From positions 1-54,093 of the IMG/VR virus record IMGVR_UViG_3300012931_000024: a stretch of 54,093 nucleotides of DNA. One strand, 5' to 3'. This document shows positions 27,886 to 37,073 of this stretch, in pieces (within the stretch, counting starts at the first letter, position 1; the number at the start of each line of letters is the position of its first letter). The position numbers and the translations under genes are program-made. The stretch comes from a virus (Duplodnaviria > Caudoviricetes). The notes under the pieces are model-generated. The model did not search any database, was not told the origin of the DNA, and saw only the letters and a program-made list of their open reading frames with translations.

Positions 27886-28296
27886 TTAGGAAACCCGAGT
27901 AATGTCTACCCAACAAGAGGTAGCGGAAACATACTCAACGATTTCACCGACTTTGATGTTGTTGGAACCGGCCCCGGCAGCCACAACAGTCATATCATCA
28001 CTGACTTCAGCAATGTCACCGACATTGGCCTGAGACAAACCTGAAGCGGCGAAAAGATGAATGCCATCCCGACGGACTCGAATCTTCTGGGCGCCGGAAG
28101 CACCGGGATTGTTATCCACAGAACCTTCGGCAACACCAACGACCCGAAAACCAGATGTACCGGCAGCAGGTTGAGCATAGCCGTTAGCATCAACAGCAAC
28201 CAAAGTGCCGCCGTAGATAACGGTGTTGGCAAGGACGGGATATTCGACAATATCTCCGACTTTCTTTTTGGTGTAAATATCAGCCGTTGCAGCCAT
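27886..28296 (-). CDS. capsid decoration/cement protein (DUF2190-like)
   Basis: YPVLANTVIYGGTLVAVDANGYA..VVGVA; directly after the MCP. Confidence 0.75.
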   Translation of the reverse strand: MAATADIYTKKKVGDIVEYPVLANTVIYGGTLVAVDANGYAQPAAGTSGFRVVGVAEGSVDNNPGASGAQKIRVRRDGIHLFAASGLSQANVGDIAEVSDDMTVVAAGAGSNNIKVGEIVEYVSATSCWVDITRVS

Positions 28297-28347
28297 TTCA
28301 AATTTCCTCCTGAATTAAACTTAAGGGCTCCGGAGAGTCCCGATTAA

Positions 28348-29592
28348 TTAGGCAGCGGTAAGAACCCGAACAAAATTATCAGCAAGGGCAATCTTCATAC
28401 CCCATCTCTGATAAATTTTGAACAATGTGCGATTCTTCTTCCACTCTGCATAAGGGTTGACCATCAGAGCAGTGGTGTTCAAACGCCGACCTACCACAAA
28501 GTTCAACAGGTTGCCAAAGATGATGAACGGAGTGGCTGATGCTGAAGTGGTAGGCATATTGGTGACTTCATTCCAGGGATAACCAAGAATCCGACCAGTC
28601 TGACCAGCAGCGGTCGGGTCACCGGCCTGAACACTATCCAAGAAGATAGGACGGTCATTCAGGTCTTTCAAAACCCGAACATAATGGAAGACTTCCCCAG
28701 ACATGAACCACTGAGCACCAATCTTCCGGCGTCCAGGAAGTTGGGCAAGAACCTGAGAAAGATAGTCAAAGGAAATGTCATCAAAGCCAGTTTCACCAGC
28801 CCCGAACTGAACATATTTGCCAGCATTCAGCAGCAAGCCGGCAAAGGGGGTTCCACTGCCATTGAATGCCTGGTTGTCAATTTCCAACCCGGCAGCATTG
28901 GCCATCACTTCAGCAATCCATGAAACGATGTCCGACACAGAATCAGCAAGAGTGGTATTCTTGACGGTAGCATAGCTGGAAAGCTCTTCCGCCGAGAGTT
29001 CCACTTCACTGATGGTCGGGCCACCCTCCATCGTTTCATTGCCCCAGTTCACAGAAGCTCCGCCAGTCTCAACGGGGAATTCCTGTTTATCTGAGGTCAT
29101 ATTCCACATGCGGGCCTTTTGCAAGACCACGCTCATTTCTCTGGCATAGGCCAAAATCTCAGTGGCCAGAGGTTCCGGAAGAGGAAAAGCATTGCCAGGG
29201 TCACCAATATCAATGGTAGACCCTTTGAGTTCTCCATAAATTTCCCGGAACTTGTCCTTAGCCTTGTAATCGCCCATGGCCCCTGCTTTAATCAGCAGGA
29301 TAAAATACTTGGCCAATTCCTGACGTTTAGGCTCACTAATCCTGTATCTCGGATGAGCAATAACGTCAGTAAGACGTTTGCCTTGTTCCAGAAGGTCGTA
29401 AGGAGCATAAATGCTCAGGTCATCAGCATTTTCCTTACCTTTTTCAGGATCATTCGGAAGCTGAAAACCCTTGGCCGCTGCTTCTTTATAAGCCTCCACC
29501 GAAGCAGTATTTTTCTCCACTACTTCCTTCAAACCAGTAACACTGGAAACCAAACCAGTGACAAGGTCCGTCAATTCCTTAATGTGTGGCAT
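28348..29592 (-). CDS. major capsid protein, HK97 fold
   Basis: Delta-domain coiled coil; EIDNQAFNGSG, LKDLNDRPIF, RILGYP, IIFGNL motifs; likely start MPHIKEL. Confidence 0.92.
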   Translation of the reverse strand: MPHIKELTDLVTGLVSSVTGLKEVVEKNTASVEAYKEAAAKGFQLPNDPEKGKENADDLSIYAPYDLLEQGKRLTDVIAHPRYRISEPKRQELAKYFILLIKAGAMGDYKAKDKFREIYGELKGSTIDIGDPGNAFPLPEPLATEILAYAREMSVVLQKARMWNMTSDKQEFPVETGGASVNWGNETMEGGPTISEVELSAEELSSYATVKNTTLADSVSDIVSWIAEVMANAAGLEIDNQAFNGSGTPFAGLLLNAGKYVQFGAGETGFDDISFDYLSQVLAQLPGRRKIGAQWFMSGEVFHYVRVLKDLNDRPIFLDSVQAGDPTAAGQTGRILGYPWNEVTNMPTTSASATPFIIFGNLLNFVVGRRLNTTALMVNPYAEWKKNRTLFKIYQRWGMKIALADNFVRVLTAA

Positions 29593-31603
29593 TTTTAACA
29601 ACCTCCTCAATTTCATTAGCGATTTTTTTGAGTTTCAACATTTCCTCTCGAAATTTCACCATTCCGAGAGAATCTTCTTGGGGCGATTCAACTTCAATTT
29701 CAAGGGGAGCCTTAGCCAAAAATTCTTGGATTTTGGCAAGCATGGACTTGACTTCCTCTTTAATAGTCCCAGCTAACCATTCTTTATCTTGTTGACTCAG
29801 AATTAACTCAAACTTGGTCTCCCTTTCACCAACCTCAAGTTTATTATCGGAGTCAAATGTTTCCTCTTTTGTTTTAACTAATCTTCCTTCTTTGAAAGTG
29901 AAAGAAGAAATAACTACTTTTCCTTCATCTTCACCCTCAATCCATCTCTTTTCTTTGAGATTAAAATCCTTCTCAGAGAGGTCCAAATTAAATGTATTTG
30001 AATAAAATTCCCTTATTCTCTTTTCAGCATCCCCTTCTTCCTCTAGGGTACAGCCTCTTGTTATTTGGGAAATTACAATTCCATCCTCCTCATTGTAATC
30101 CCCATGCAAATGTACCTGTACTCCTTGGGGAACTGAATTTAACATTTCCTGAGCTTCACAGGTAAAAGATATTTCAATAGAAGTAGTTCCGGTAGCCGCT
30201 TCAAAACTGCCATTATGGTCCTTACAATGTTTTCGAGCTTCGGAGGCAGTCCAAGTATCCTTATTATAGCGATAAGCCTGTTCTGCCCAACTATCTTCCC
30301 CTTTCTTCTTACCAAAAATGATGGAATATTCTTTTCCATCATGTTCACGCTTACCACGGCGGAACTTTTCAAAATCATCAGGATTTCTTAATCTGCAAGA
30401 ATGTTCATTGGGATATGGTTTCAAACCCTCTTCAGGGAGTTCTTCCGTAATTTCTTTAAGAAATTCCTCATCATACTCCGCTTCTGCATTGTAAGTCGGG
30501 GGTTCTTTGTCAAATTTCTTGTAATAGGCTACTAAGAAACTATAACAAGATTTTCTATCATCTCCCAAGTCAGCCCCACCACGAGCCCCATTAACAGAAC
30601 CCATTGCCTTATTGACGCCCCCCCAAACCGCGGTAAGAGTTCCATCAATGACTTTAGCAAATGGCAGAATATATGCCCCTTTAGTATCGGCATTAACTCC
30701 AGATTTTTGATAAACAAAACCTTTCTTATATTTGGAGAAGTCGATTTTTCCATCAGTGGTTGCCCAATTTTCAATTGAAGTCCGAGCAGCAGCCCCATCC
30801 CATTCCCCCGAATCATTAGTCGGGAGGTTTCTTGAACCACATACTGCCTTTATTTCATCCTCTTCATTTTCAAGTTTTTCTGGAACTTGAACTTGGACAG
30901 GTCTTTCTTCATCAATTACTTCAATTTCACCTTTAACTCTGAGTTCCTCCAGAATATCATCCTTCGTCTTTAAATCCTCCAATCCACCAGCATTAAAACA
31001 ATTAAGAAGGTTTTGAGTTAGTAATTCATCACCAGCAAAACCTTTAATTGCATTTTGGAGAGCAGAAGGATTAGAAGGAACAGGACAACCTGAAAGTTCA
31101 AGTAATTCCTGTTTGATATATTCCCGACCATATTGCCACATCCAAGGCTCATCCTTGGGAGGATCTTCTCCTTCAGGCTTTTCTAACTTATTCCATTTAT
31201 AAGGCAAAAACCCAACACTACTAGCATTGATAATTTGTTGCTCATAGAGTTGGAGAATCATGTCAGCAAAAGGATTAAGCCCTTCAGTGGGAAAACGAAT
31301 GTCTTTAAACTCAAGTCGGTTAGGATTACGTCGGCGGATAAGTTGGGAAGTTGCGCCGAGAGGAACTGAAGAATAATTATGCGCCCAAAGAAAAACAGGA
31401 TTTTTCAGATAATTTTCCAAAATCCAACCGCTAACCCTAATAATATCACCATCTCGGTCTCTGGTTTCATCTGAACCGATAATAGTCAGGGTTCGCTTTT
31501 CTAAATTGACCCCTTTTACAATACTGGTAAAATCCTGTACATATACTTCCTTATTGTTTCGGAGAATTGGTTTCTCATCTGGACCTACCAATACATAACT
31601 CAT
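29579..31603 (-). CDS. HK97-type prohead protease with two inserted domains and scaffold-like tail
   Basis: DRDGDII, NPVFLWAH, SSVGF, ELLELSGCPVPSNPSA in the first ~190 aa. Confidence 0.9.
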   Translation of the reverse strand: MSYVLVGPDEKPILRNNKEVYVQDFTSIVKGVNLEKRTLTIIGSDETRDRDGDIIRVSGWILENYLKNPVFLWAHNYSSVPLGATSQLIRRRNPNRLEFKDIRFPTEGLNPFADMILQLYEQQIINASSVGFLPYKWNKLEKPEGEDPPKDEPWMWQYGREYIKQELLELSGCPVPSNPSALQNAIKGFAGDELLTQNLLNCFNAGGLEDLKTKDDILEELRVKGEIEVIDEERPVQVQVPEKLENEEDEIKAVCGSRNLPTNDSGEWDGAAARTSIENWATTDGKIDFSKYKKGFVYQKSGVNADTKGAYILPFAKVIDGTLTAVWGGVNKAMGSVNGARGGADLGDDRKSCYSFLVAYYKKFDKEPPTYNAEAEYDEEFLKEITEELPEEGLKPYPNEHSCRLRNPDDFEKFRRGKREHDGKEYSIIFGKKKGEDSWAEQAYRYNKDTWTASEARKHCKDHNGSFEAATGTTSIEISFTCEAQEMLNSVPQGVQVHLHGDYNEEDGIVISQITRGCTLEEEGDAEKRIREFYSNTFNLDLSEKDFNLKEKRWIEGEDEGKVVISSFTFKEGRLVKTKEETFDSDNKLEVGERETKFELILSQQDKEWLAGTIKEEVKSMLAKIQEFLAKAPLEIEVESPQEDSLGMVKFREEMLKLKKIANEIEEVVKNATH

Positions 31604-33423
31604 GAATCGTCTCCTTCTTTTTTAGGCTCCTCAATTGCTCTAAGGCAATTTATGGAAGCAAAGTCAAAAGCACTCAAAACTTCGGCTTTCACCAGATTTT
31701 TTACTTCCTTATCAGCCAAGTTAAAAAGTTGACGGATTTTCTTATCAATCTTTTCTTTATCAGTTTCCCTCTGAATTGAATTAAGAACTTCCCTGTGTAT
31801 TTCTGCTACTATTCCAGTAAAAACCGTTTTCCGTTCTTGGATAAATCTTTCCTTTGCTTCTTCTGATATTATAAAGGAATGAACATTGTCAAGCGTAAAA
31901 TCGAATGAATCCGAAAAAAATTGACGACCATTATCTATCAAACTTTCCACCTCATAATCAATTGTTCGATGGAAACGCAAAATATCTTCATCAAAACTCA
32001 CATTTAAAAAGGATTCAATCCCATCGTTCCTAAAAATCCTCAAACATTTCGACCTCATATCGAAAAAGAATTTTCGATATTTATCCACAAAACGATTCAT
32101 ATTTGGATTACATAAATTGAGAAAGTTTGGAATTCCCTTAGACAATAGCCTTTGTATATTCTGAAATTGATTATTAACTGGAGCATCTACCCCAGGAGGG
32201 GAAGGAACATGCTGTCCTGGATTAATAATAGCACCTTGATTAACTGGCATCATATTTACCGGAACAAATGCCACATCACCCCAATCTTTCTCATCAAATC
32301 CCATATGAAAACGGCGGTTAAGTTCATTTCGGGTAAATCCCATCCGAAATAATCTTTCCATCGTTTTAACAGCGGTATCGGTATCATCATGCAAAGCTTC
32401 AATAGTGGTTATATCAAATTCATACCGTAAATTTTGTCCACTCGGAATAAGTCCAAAGGATAAAGCATCTGCAATCATCCTCATTAATGGTAGACAAGTG
32501 CCCATCCACCATTCTTTTCTTTCTTCTTTAGCAATTGCATAATTTAAATTTTCTGCTTTTGAGAGAATGGTTCTTTTCATTCCCCAAATACGCATGATTG
32601 CATCTTCATCGGATTTCCGAAGTTCAATAAAATCCATGTCTTTATGAGAAGGTGAAACTCCTTGGTAAGTCATACCCTGTTGCAAAATAGCGATTTCATG
32701 CGCTTTTCTATAGCCTTGATGCTTTTCTCTCCATTGAGCCCTAGTCTTCTCAATTACATCATTATGAACCTTTCCAGGAGCACTTAAAACACCTCCAGGC
32801 ATTGCTCCAGAATCAAAGAAAGCATGATTGTAACGAGAGGATTTATAAAATTCTAAAATAGGAAGACGACCAGCAGTAGCCGGAGCAAGTCCTTCTATTG
32901 TATGGTTAGGATTATGAAATTTCAAATGTAAAACATCTTCCGATTTTAATTTTATTGGGCTTTGATTATCGCTAGGCCGATATTCCCAACCGATTAAATG
33001 ACCTGTTTTTGAATCAGTTACATAATCCATATATTTCCATCTAGCTATCCAAAGAGAATCAGGAATAGTAGGAGTCGGAAAAGGAATAATACAAACATTC
33101 CCATCTATAAGCCAATTGACAATCACCCCCTCAAGAAATAAAATTCTATTGGTCATATAATTAGGACGAGTAATCACCTTTTGCAAAGGATGATTATCCG
33201 GAGCTGGGTCACTTCCAGTTCTAGAGAACTTCATCAAACGTAAAGGGGTTTGAGCAATGGCTTTTGCAGTATAACTAATACAAGAGTAAGCCAATTCTAC
33301 CCCTGTATAAACATCATTCATTACTCCTTCTTCATCAGGTGGTTCACCCTTTACATATAACCAATTTTGAGGAAAATCAATAACGGATTTTACCGTAGTC
33401 AGAAGTCTACCTAACCGATTCAT
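31600..33423 (-). CDS. portal protein, HK97 family, with C-terminal extension
   Basis: IAQTPL, RPN, GN, VLHLK, GLAP, FFDSGAMPGGVL, DMDFIELRK, FTRNELNR motifs. Confidence 0.92.
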   Translation of the reverse strand: MNRLGRLLTTVKSVIDFPQNWLYVKGEPPDEEGVMNDVYTGVELAYSCISYTAKAIAQTPLRLMKFSRTGSDPAPDNHPLQKVITRPNYMTNRILFLEGVIVNWLIDGNVCIIPFPTPTIPDSLWIARWKYMDYVTDSKTGHLIGWEYRPSDNQSPIKLKSEDVLHLKFHNPNHTIEGLAPATAGRLPILEFYKSSRYNHAFFDSGAMPGGVLSAPGKVHNDVIEKTRAQWREKHQGYRKAHEIAILQQGMTYQGVSPSHKDMDFIELRKSDEDAIMRIWGMKRTILSKAENLNYAIAKEERKEWWMGTCLPLMRMIADALSFGLIPSGQNLRYEFDITTIEALHDDTDTAVKTMERLFRMGFTRNELNRRFHMGFDEKDWGDVAFVPVNMMPVNQGAIINPGQHVPSPPGVDAPVNNQFQNIQRLLSKGIPNFLNLCNPNMNRFVDKYRKFFFDMRSKCLRIFRNDGIESFLNVSFDEDILRFHRTIDYEVESLIDNGRQFFSDSFDFTLDNVHSFIISEEAKERFIQERKTVFTGIVAEIHREVLNSIQRETDKEKIDKKIRQLFNLADKEVKNLVKAEVLSAFDFASINCLRAIEEPKKEGDDS

Positions 33424-33575
33424 TTTTTCACCTTTTTAGCAATCCCTTCTTTAGTCTCTTCCTTGATAAGATAGTGGACAAACCAGGCCGCACATCCAAA
33501 AAATGACCCGAAAATGATTGCCCACTTGAGACCGATAAAGAGATGCTCCACTAAATTTAACCACGATGGTGTCAT
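33420..33575 (-). CDS. 51-aa membrane protein between TerL and portal
   Basis: Read manually (MTPSWLNLVEHLFIGLKWAIIFGSFFGCAAWFVHYLIK...); ATGA overlap with the portal start. Confidence 0.6.
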   Translation of the reverse strand: MTPSWLNLVEHLFIGLKWAIIFGSFFGCAAWFVHYLIKEETKEGIAKKVKK

Positions 33576-33585
33576 TTTATTCCCC

Positions 33586-35190
33586 TTATGCCCAAGCTAT
33601 TAAATCCTGACCAGAGATTAGTTCGTCTTCAGCAAAAGATAGCATTAGACAATCTGCTCTATCAGGAGAACGTCCTATTTTTTTCTTCAGGGTATCTTTA
33701 TCTGAAATTTTCATTTTTCCTTCACTCATGAATTTATCTGTGGTAATCTTAGACAATTCATGACCAAGTTCCCAATCATTAATAAATATCTTATTTTCAT
33801 GAAACATGGTTCTTAATTTCCAATAATTTTGTGCCCTTTTATTAATGAATCTCACCCTATCATCACCAGGAACCTCATCTGCACCTTCCTGAGAAATAAT
33901 GCTATTTACAGGATATCCCCTTTCCCAAAGCATATCCACTACACCACCACCAAGTCCTGTATCATCTACATTGATACAACTTGGTTCTTGTTTCAAAGAT
34001 TTAAAATTTTCATAATGGAAAATAATTCTTCCTACGGTCTCAGTTTCTCTTTCCTTTTCAGTTACTTCTAAAATATCAAAACGTCCTGACCTTCTACGGG
34101 CACCAATTACTGTACTATCATCTCCGAAACGAGCCACATCACAACCAAGAGTAAGAACAGGGTCATTCTTTTCCTCTATTATTTCCTCATAGAAATCAAA
34201 AGCCCTTTGGATATATTTGAATGGAATTAAAACATCTCCGCCATCAATCGGAAATTGACCTAAAACCTTTATCCGAAATAAATTAGAATCCCTCCCCCAC
34301 TTTTCTGCCATCTTATCAGGCCAATCCTTATCACATAATTTTGGATAAAAATTTATACCATGTCTGACATTGGGAGTATCATAACAAGAGATTGATATAC
34401 AATAATACCCAGATTTAGGATTGAAACCATCTGTATCTTCCATTCCTTCAAAAATTTCAGCAAATTTACTAGTTTCATCCAATGGGTTTCCAATAAGAAG
34501 GACAAAAGTAACTGGGGAAGAAAGAATACCTTCTATTACATCAAAAACAAGATTCTCAACCCCACCAGCCTCATCAATTATTACAAAAATGTTTTCTTCA
34601 TGGAAACCAGCAATATTGGCAGCCGGGTCTTTAGTGCTAAATCCTTCAACAAACCATTTTTCTCCAAGTTCTAAAGAAGTCTGAGTAAGCTTTCCACCAA
34701 GTTTTCTTGGGGCATTATTATAAGCATCATGAATTTCACCCCAAAGAACCCTTTTAACTTGTCGAAAAGTAGGAGCAGTAGTGATTCCTAAGGCGTGCCA
34801 GCCATAAGCTAAATATAATACAAGCCTAGCAGCTAAAAATGATTTTCCTGTTGAATGTCCAGATTTTACAGCAACCTTCCTATATTTAATCAAAGCCTCA
34901 CTAATCTTCTTCTGTTTGCTCCAAAGGGGAGGATTTCTTCTATCTTGATTAGGACGGGGAGCATCATTAGGCCATTTTTCTACATTAATTCCAAGTTCAT
35001 GCCAGAAAAAATCCAATGGATTCTTTTTGTAATTTTTAAAAAAATTGATTTGCTCCTTCAAAGCTTGTTCAGTTAATTGGTCTGGAATAAGACTATCAAA
35101 ATTAATATTACCAAGGTCAAGGGAAGGCTTAAAAAGTCTCCCTGTTTTCATTTTTATTTCCTGGTGTTGTCTTTTTTTCAAACGTGTCAT
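33586..35190 (-). CDS. terL: terminase large subunit
   Basis: Walker A SGHSTGKS, Walker B VIIDEAGG, coupling LIGNP, nuclease GCDVARFGDD and SPDRAD. Confidence 0.95.
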   Translation of the reverse strand: MTRLKKRQHQEIKMKTGRLFKPSLDLGNINFDSLIPDQLTEQALKEQINFFKNYKKNPLDFFWHELGINVEKWPNDAPRPNQDRRNPPLWSKQKKISEALIKYRKVAVKSGHSTGKSFLAARLVLYLAYGWHALGITTAPTFRQVKRVLWGEIHDAYNNAPRKLGGKLTQTSLELGEKWFVEGFSTKDPAANIAGFHEENIFVIIDEAGGVENLVFDVIEGILSSPVTFVLLIGNPLDETSKFAEIFEGMEDTDGFNPKSGYYCISISCYDTPNVRHGINFYPKLCDKDWPDKMAEKWGRDSNLFRIKVLGQFPIDGGDVLIPFKYIQRAFDFYEEIIEEKNDPVLTLGCDVARFGDDSTVIGARRRSGRFDILEVTEKERETETVGRIIFHYENFKSLKQEPSCINVDDTGLGGGVVDMLWERGYPVNSIISQEGADEVPGDDRVRFINKRAQNYWKLRTMFHENKIFINDWELGHELSKITTDKFMSEGKMKISDKDTLKKKIGRSPDRADCLMLSFAEDELISGQDLIAWA

Positions 35191-35194
35191 AAAT

Positions 35195-35434
35195 TCATGC
35201 CATCATTCTTAATAAAAGATTCTTTATCCAACATAAAGTCCAATATACAAAGGTAATTGAACCTAAAATTGTCATAAAAAGAAGAGGTTTATTACTCACC
35301 CACAACTTTTCCAAATCCCATTTCATTATCAAAATTTTTCTTTCACACCAACGTAGAAACCGTTCATGCAAAAGCATTTTTGCATCCAAATAATAAAATT
35401 CCTTTTCAGGATAATCTGATTTCTTTTGTTCCAT
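35195..35434 (-). CDS. small membrane protein
   Basis: C-terminal TM segment; likely start MEQKK. Confidence 0.5.
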   Translation of the reverse strand: MEQKKSDYPEKEFYYLDAKMLLHERFLRWCERKILIMKWDLEKLWVSNKPLLFMTILGSITFVYWTLCWIKNLLLRMMA

Positions 35435-35594
35435 GGCAAATGTGGTTTTCAGTAAGAATTTCTTTTGCTTTTTCGAGATAATCTCCGGTCTCTTTATTAA
35501 AATCCTCAAAATTCATAAAAGAGGATAATTCTGTTCCACATTCTGAGCATTTTCCAGTAATTACTATCCTAACTCTAGGCCAATCAATAACCAC
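35406..35594 (-). CDS. hypothetical protein (CxxC...HxC)
   Basis: GGAG SD before GTG start. Confidence 0.55.
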   Translation of the reverse strand: MVIDWPRVRIVITGKCSECGTELSSFMNFEDFNKETGDYLEKAKEILTENHICHGTKEIRLS

Positions 35595-35742
35595 GTATTA
35601 ATCTCCATCTTCCAACTTTCATCCAACCTTCTTTCATTAACTTTGCTTTTTCTTCTACTACTAAAACTATTCCGAAAAGGATTCCTTTAGTTACTAAACT
35701 TAAACCATCTCCCAAAATACCTCTAGTAGTTAAATGAATCAT
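35584..35742 (-). CDS. 52-aa protein with LxTxGIL repeat
   Basis: Read manually: MIHLTTRGILGDGLSLVTKGILFG...; starts 1 nt after the upstream stop. Confidence 0.55.
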   Translation of the reverse strand: MIHLTTRGILGDGLSLVTKGILFGIVLVVEEKAKLMKEGWMKVGRWRLIRGY

Positions 35743-35743
35743 T

Positions 35744-36916
35744 TTAAATCGCTTTCATTAGATAACTAGTGCATTTTGCAGCATCAAAGGTCGCTGCCAT
35801 TAAATATTCAGCAATTGGGTTGACATCATCCTGAGCATTTGAACCGTTCCCATAAATTCTAACTGTAGCGGAAATTAAATTACCATTATCATCATAAACC
35901 TGGTCTTTTAATCGAAAATTTTCATGAGCCAATCCTAATAATCTAAACATAGCAAAACCAAAAGAACCAGAAATTTGATGTCCTGATAAAGGTTCATCCA
36001 TTACTGCACCAGCTATTTCAGATGGAGGGGGAACATCAATACTAGGAATAATATCTAAATAGCCTGCCCTTTCTTCAGTAAGACGACTTTCAAGACTATC
36101 TATTTCAGCTAATTCTGGGGTAAGTTCTGTTCTGACTATTGGACCAATATCTTCCAGATTCGGAGCCAGATACTTCCGGGGAGTAATTAAAATAAATTGG
36201 TCGTTTCTTGCTGGGGCATAACTAAATGGAGTCTCAACAGTCACTTCCTTGGTATTACCATTATAGTTTTTAATGCCCCGAATCTGCCCTTTACATTGGC
36301 CAGAGAACATTAAAATTCCGCATCGATCCCAAAAGCCATTGGCTGTCTCGTTCAAATCAGTAAGGAATTTCATCACAGTAGCACCATCGTCCTGAACTGT
36401 TCCTCTTTTGACCTCGACAGCGTTCAGGATTCGACTTACTAAGTCTCCATAAGAGCCAGGAATTACATGACCAGATGCAAGTTCATCCCAAACAGCATTA
36501 GCCACCTCCTCTGCCGTTACTCCTCCAGAACCTTCCAATAAAGCAGCGGAAGTATCTGATTCATATCCCACATTCACGAAAGTAGTTGGTTGAATAGGAG
36601 ATATGGGAGAACCACCAGCATCGAAGGCAACCAGGTTTCCCCCGACGAGAGAACAATAGGTCCATTCGGCCCTTGCCTCAAACCCCACTTTGGCATTGAG
36701 CAGGGTAATGGTCAACCCGGTATAGCGACCCGGCCCCAATAGAGATTTGCCAACACCCTCAATGATTTCCGGCTCATCTATGGCATCAACTTCAGCAGCC
36801 AAAGACCGTAGGGTGTCATAAAGGTCTTGCATGGTTAATTCAATTGATGGAGCAGCCACCGTAATAATCCTTGGGGAAGCTATCCAATCAATGCTTATGT
36901 CGTCCCTGATGGGCAT
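35744..36916 (-). CDS. putative virion structural protein (modular)
   Basis: N-terminus resembles 37073..38671; two AV(W/M)DE..SGH...GS(Y/F)G repeats. Confidence 0.6.
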   Translation of the reverse strand: MPIRDDISIDWIASPRIITVAAPSIELTMQDLYDTLRSLAAEVDAIDEPEIIEGVGKSLLGPGRYTGLTITLLNAKVGFEARAEWTYCSLVGGNLVAFDAGGSPISPIQPTTFVNVGYESDTSAALLEGSGGVTAEEVANAVWDELASGHVIPGSYGDLVSRILNAVEVKRGTVQDDGATVMKFLTDLNETANGFWDRCGILMFSGQCKGQIRGIKNYNGNTKEVTVETPFSYAPARNDQFILITPRKYLAPNLEDIGPIVRTELTPELAEIDSLESRLTEERAGYLDIIPSIDVPPPSEIAGAVMDEPLSGHQISGSFGFAMFRLLGLAHENFRLKDQVYDDNGNLISATVRIYGNGSNAQDDVNPIAEYLMAATFDAAKCTSYLMKAI

Positions 36917-37073
36917 TTGGTGGCCTCAATCCCTCGCAATTTTTGTCTATTTGGTCTGCGAGTTCTCGTAACTGAGAAGCATCAAAGGTGCCATGAAGCT
37001 CCACCCACGCCTGGCCCCGGTAAAGAGAGCCAATCTTTGGTTTAAGATGGTAGCCATCCAGTTCGTCAGCCAT
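36888..37073 (-). CDS. hypothetical protein
   Basis: TAATG coupling to the upstream gene. Confidence 0.6.
   Translation of the reverse strand: MADELDGYHLKPKIGSLYRGQAWVELHGTFDASQLRELADQIDKNCEGLRPPNAHQGRHKH

Noticed and set aside
29579-35190. Inteins in TerL, portal or protease
   Set aside because: No C/S...HN-C/S/T splice junctions or LAGLIDADG motifs were seen; the extra length comes from other domains.
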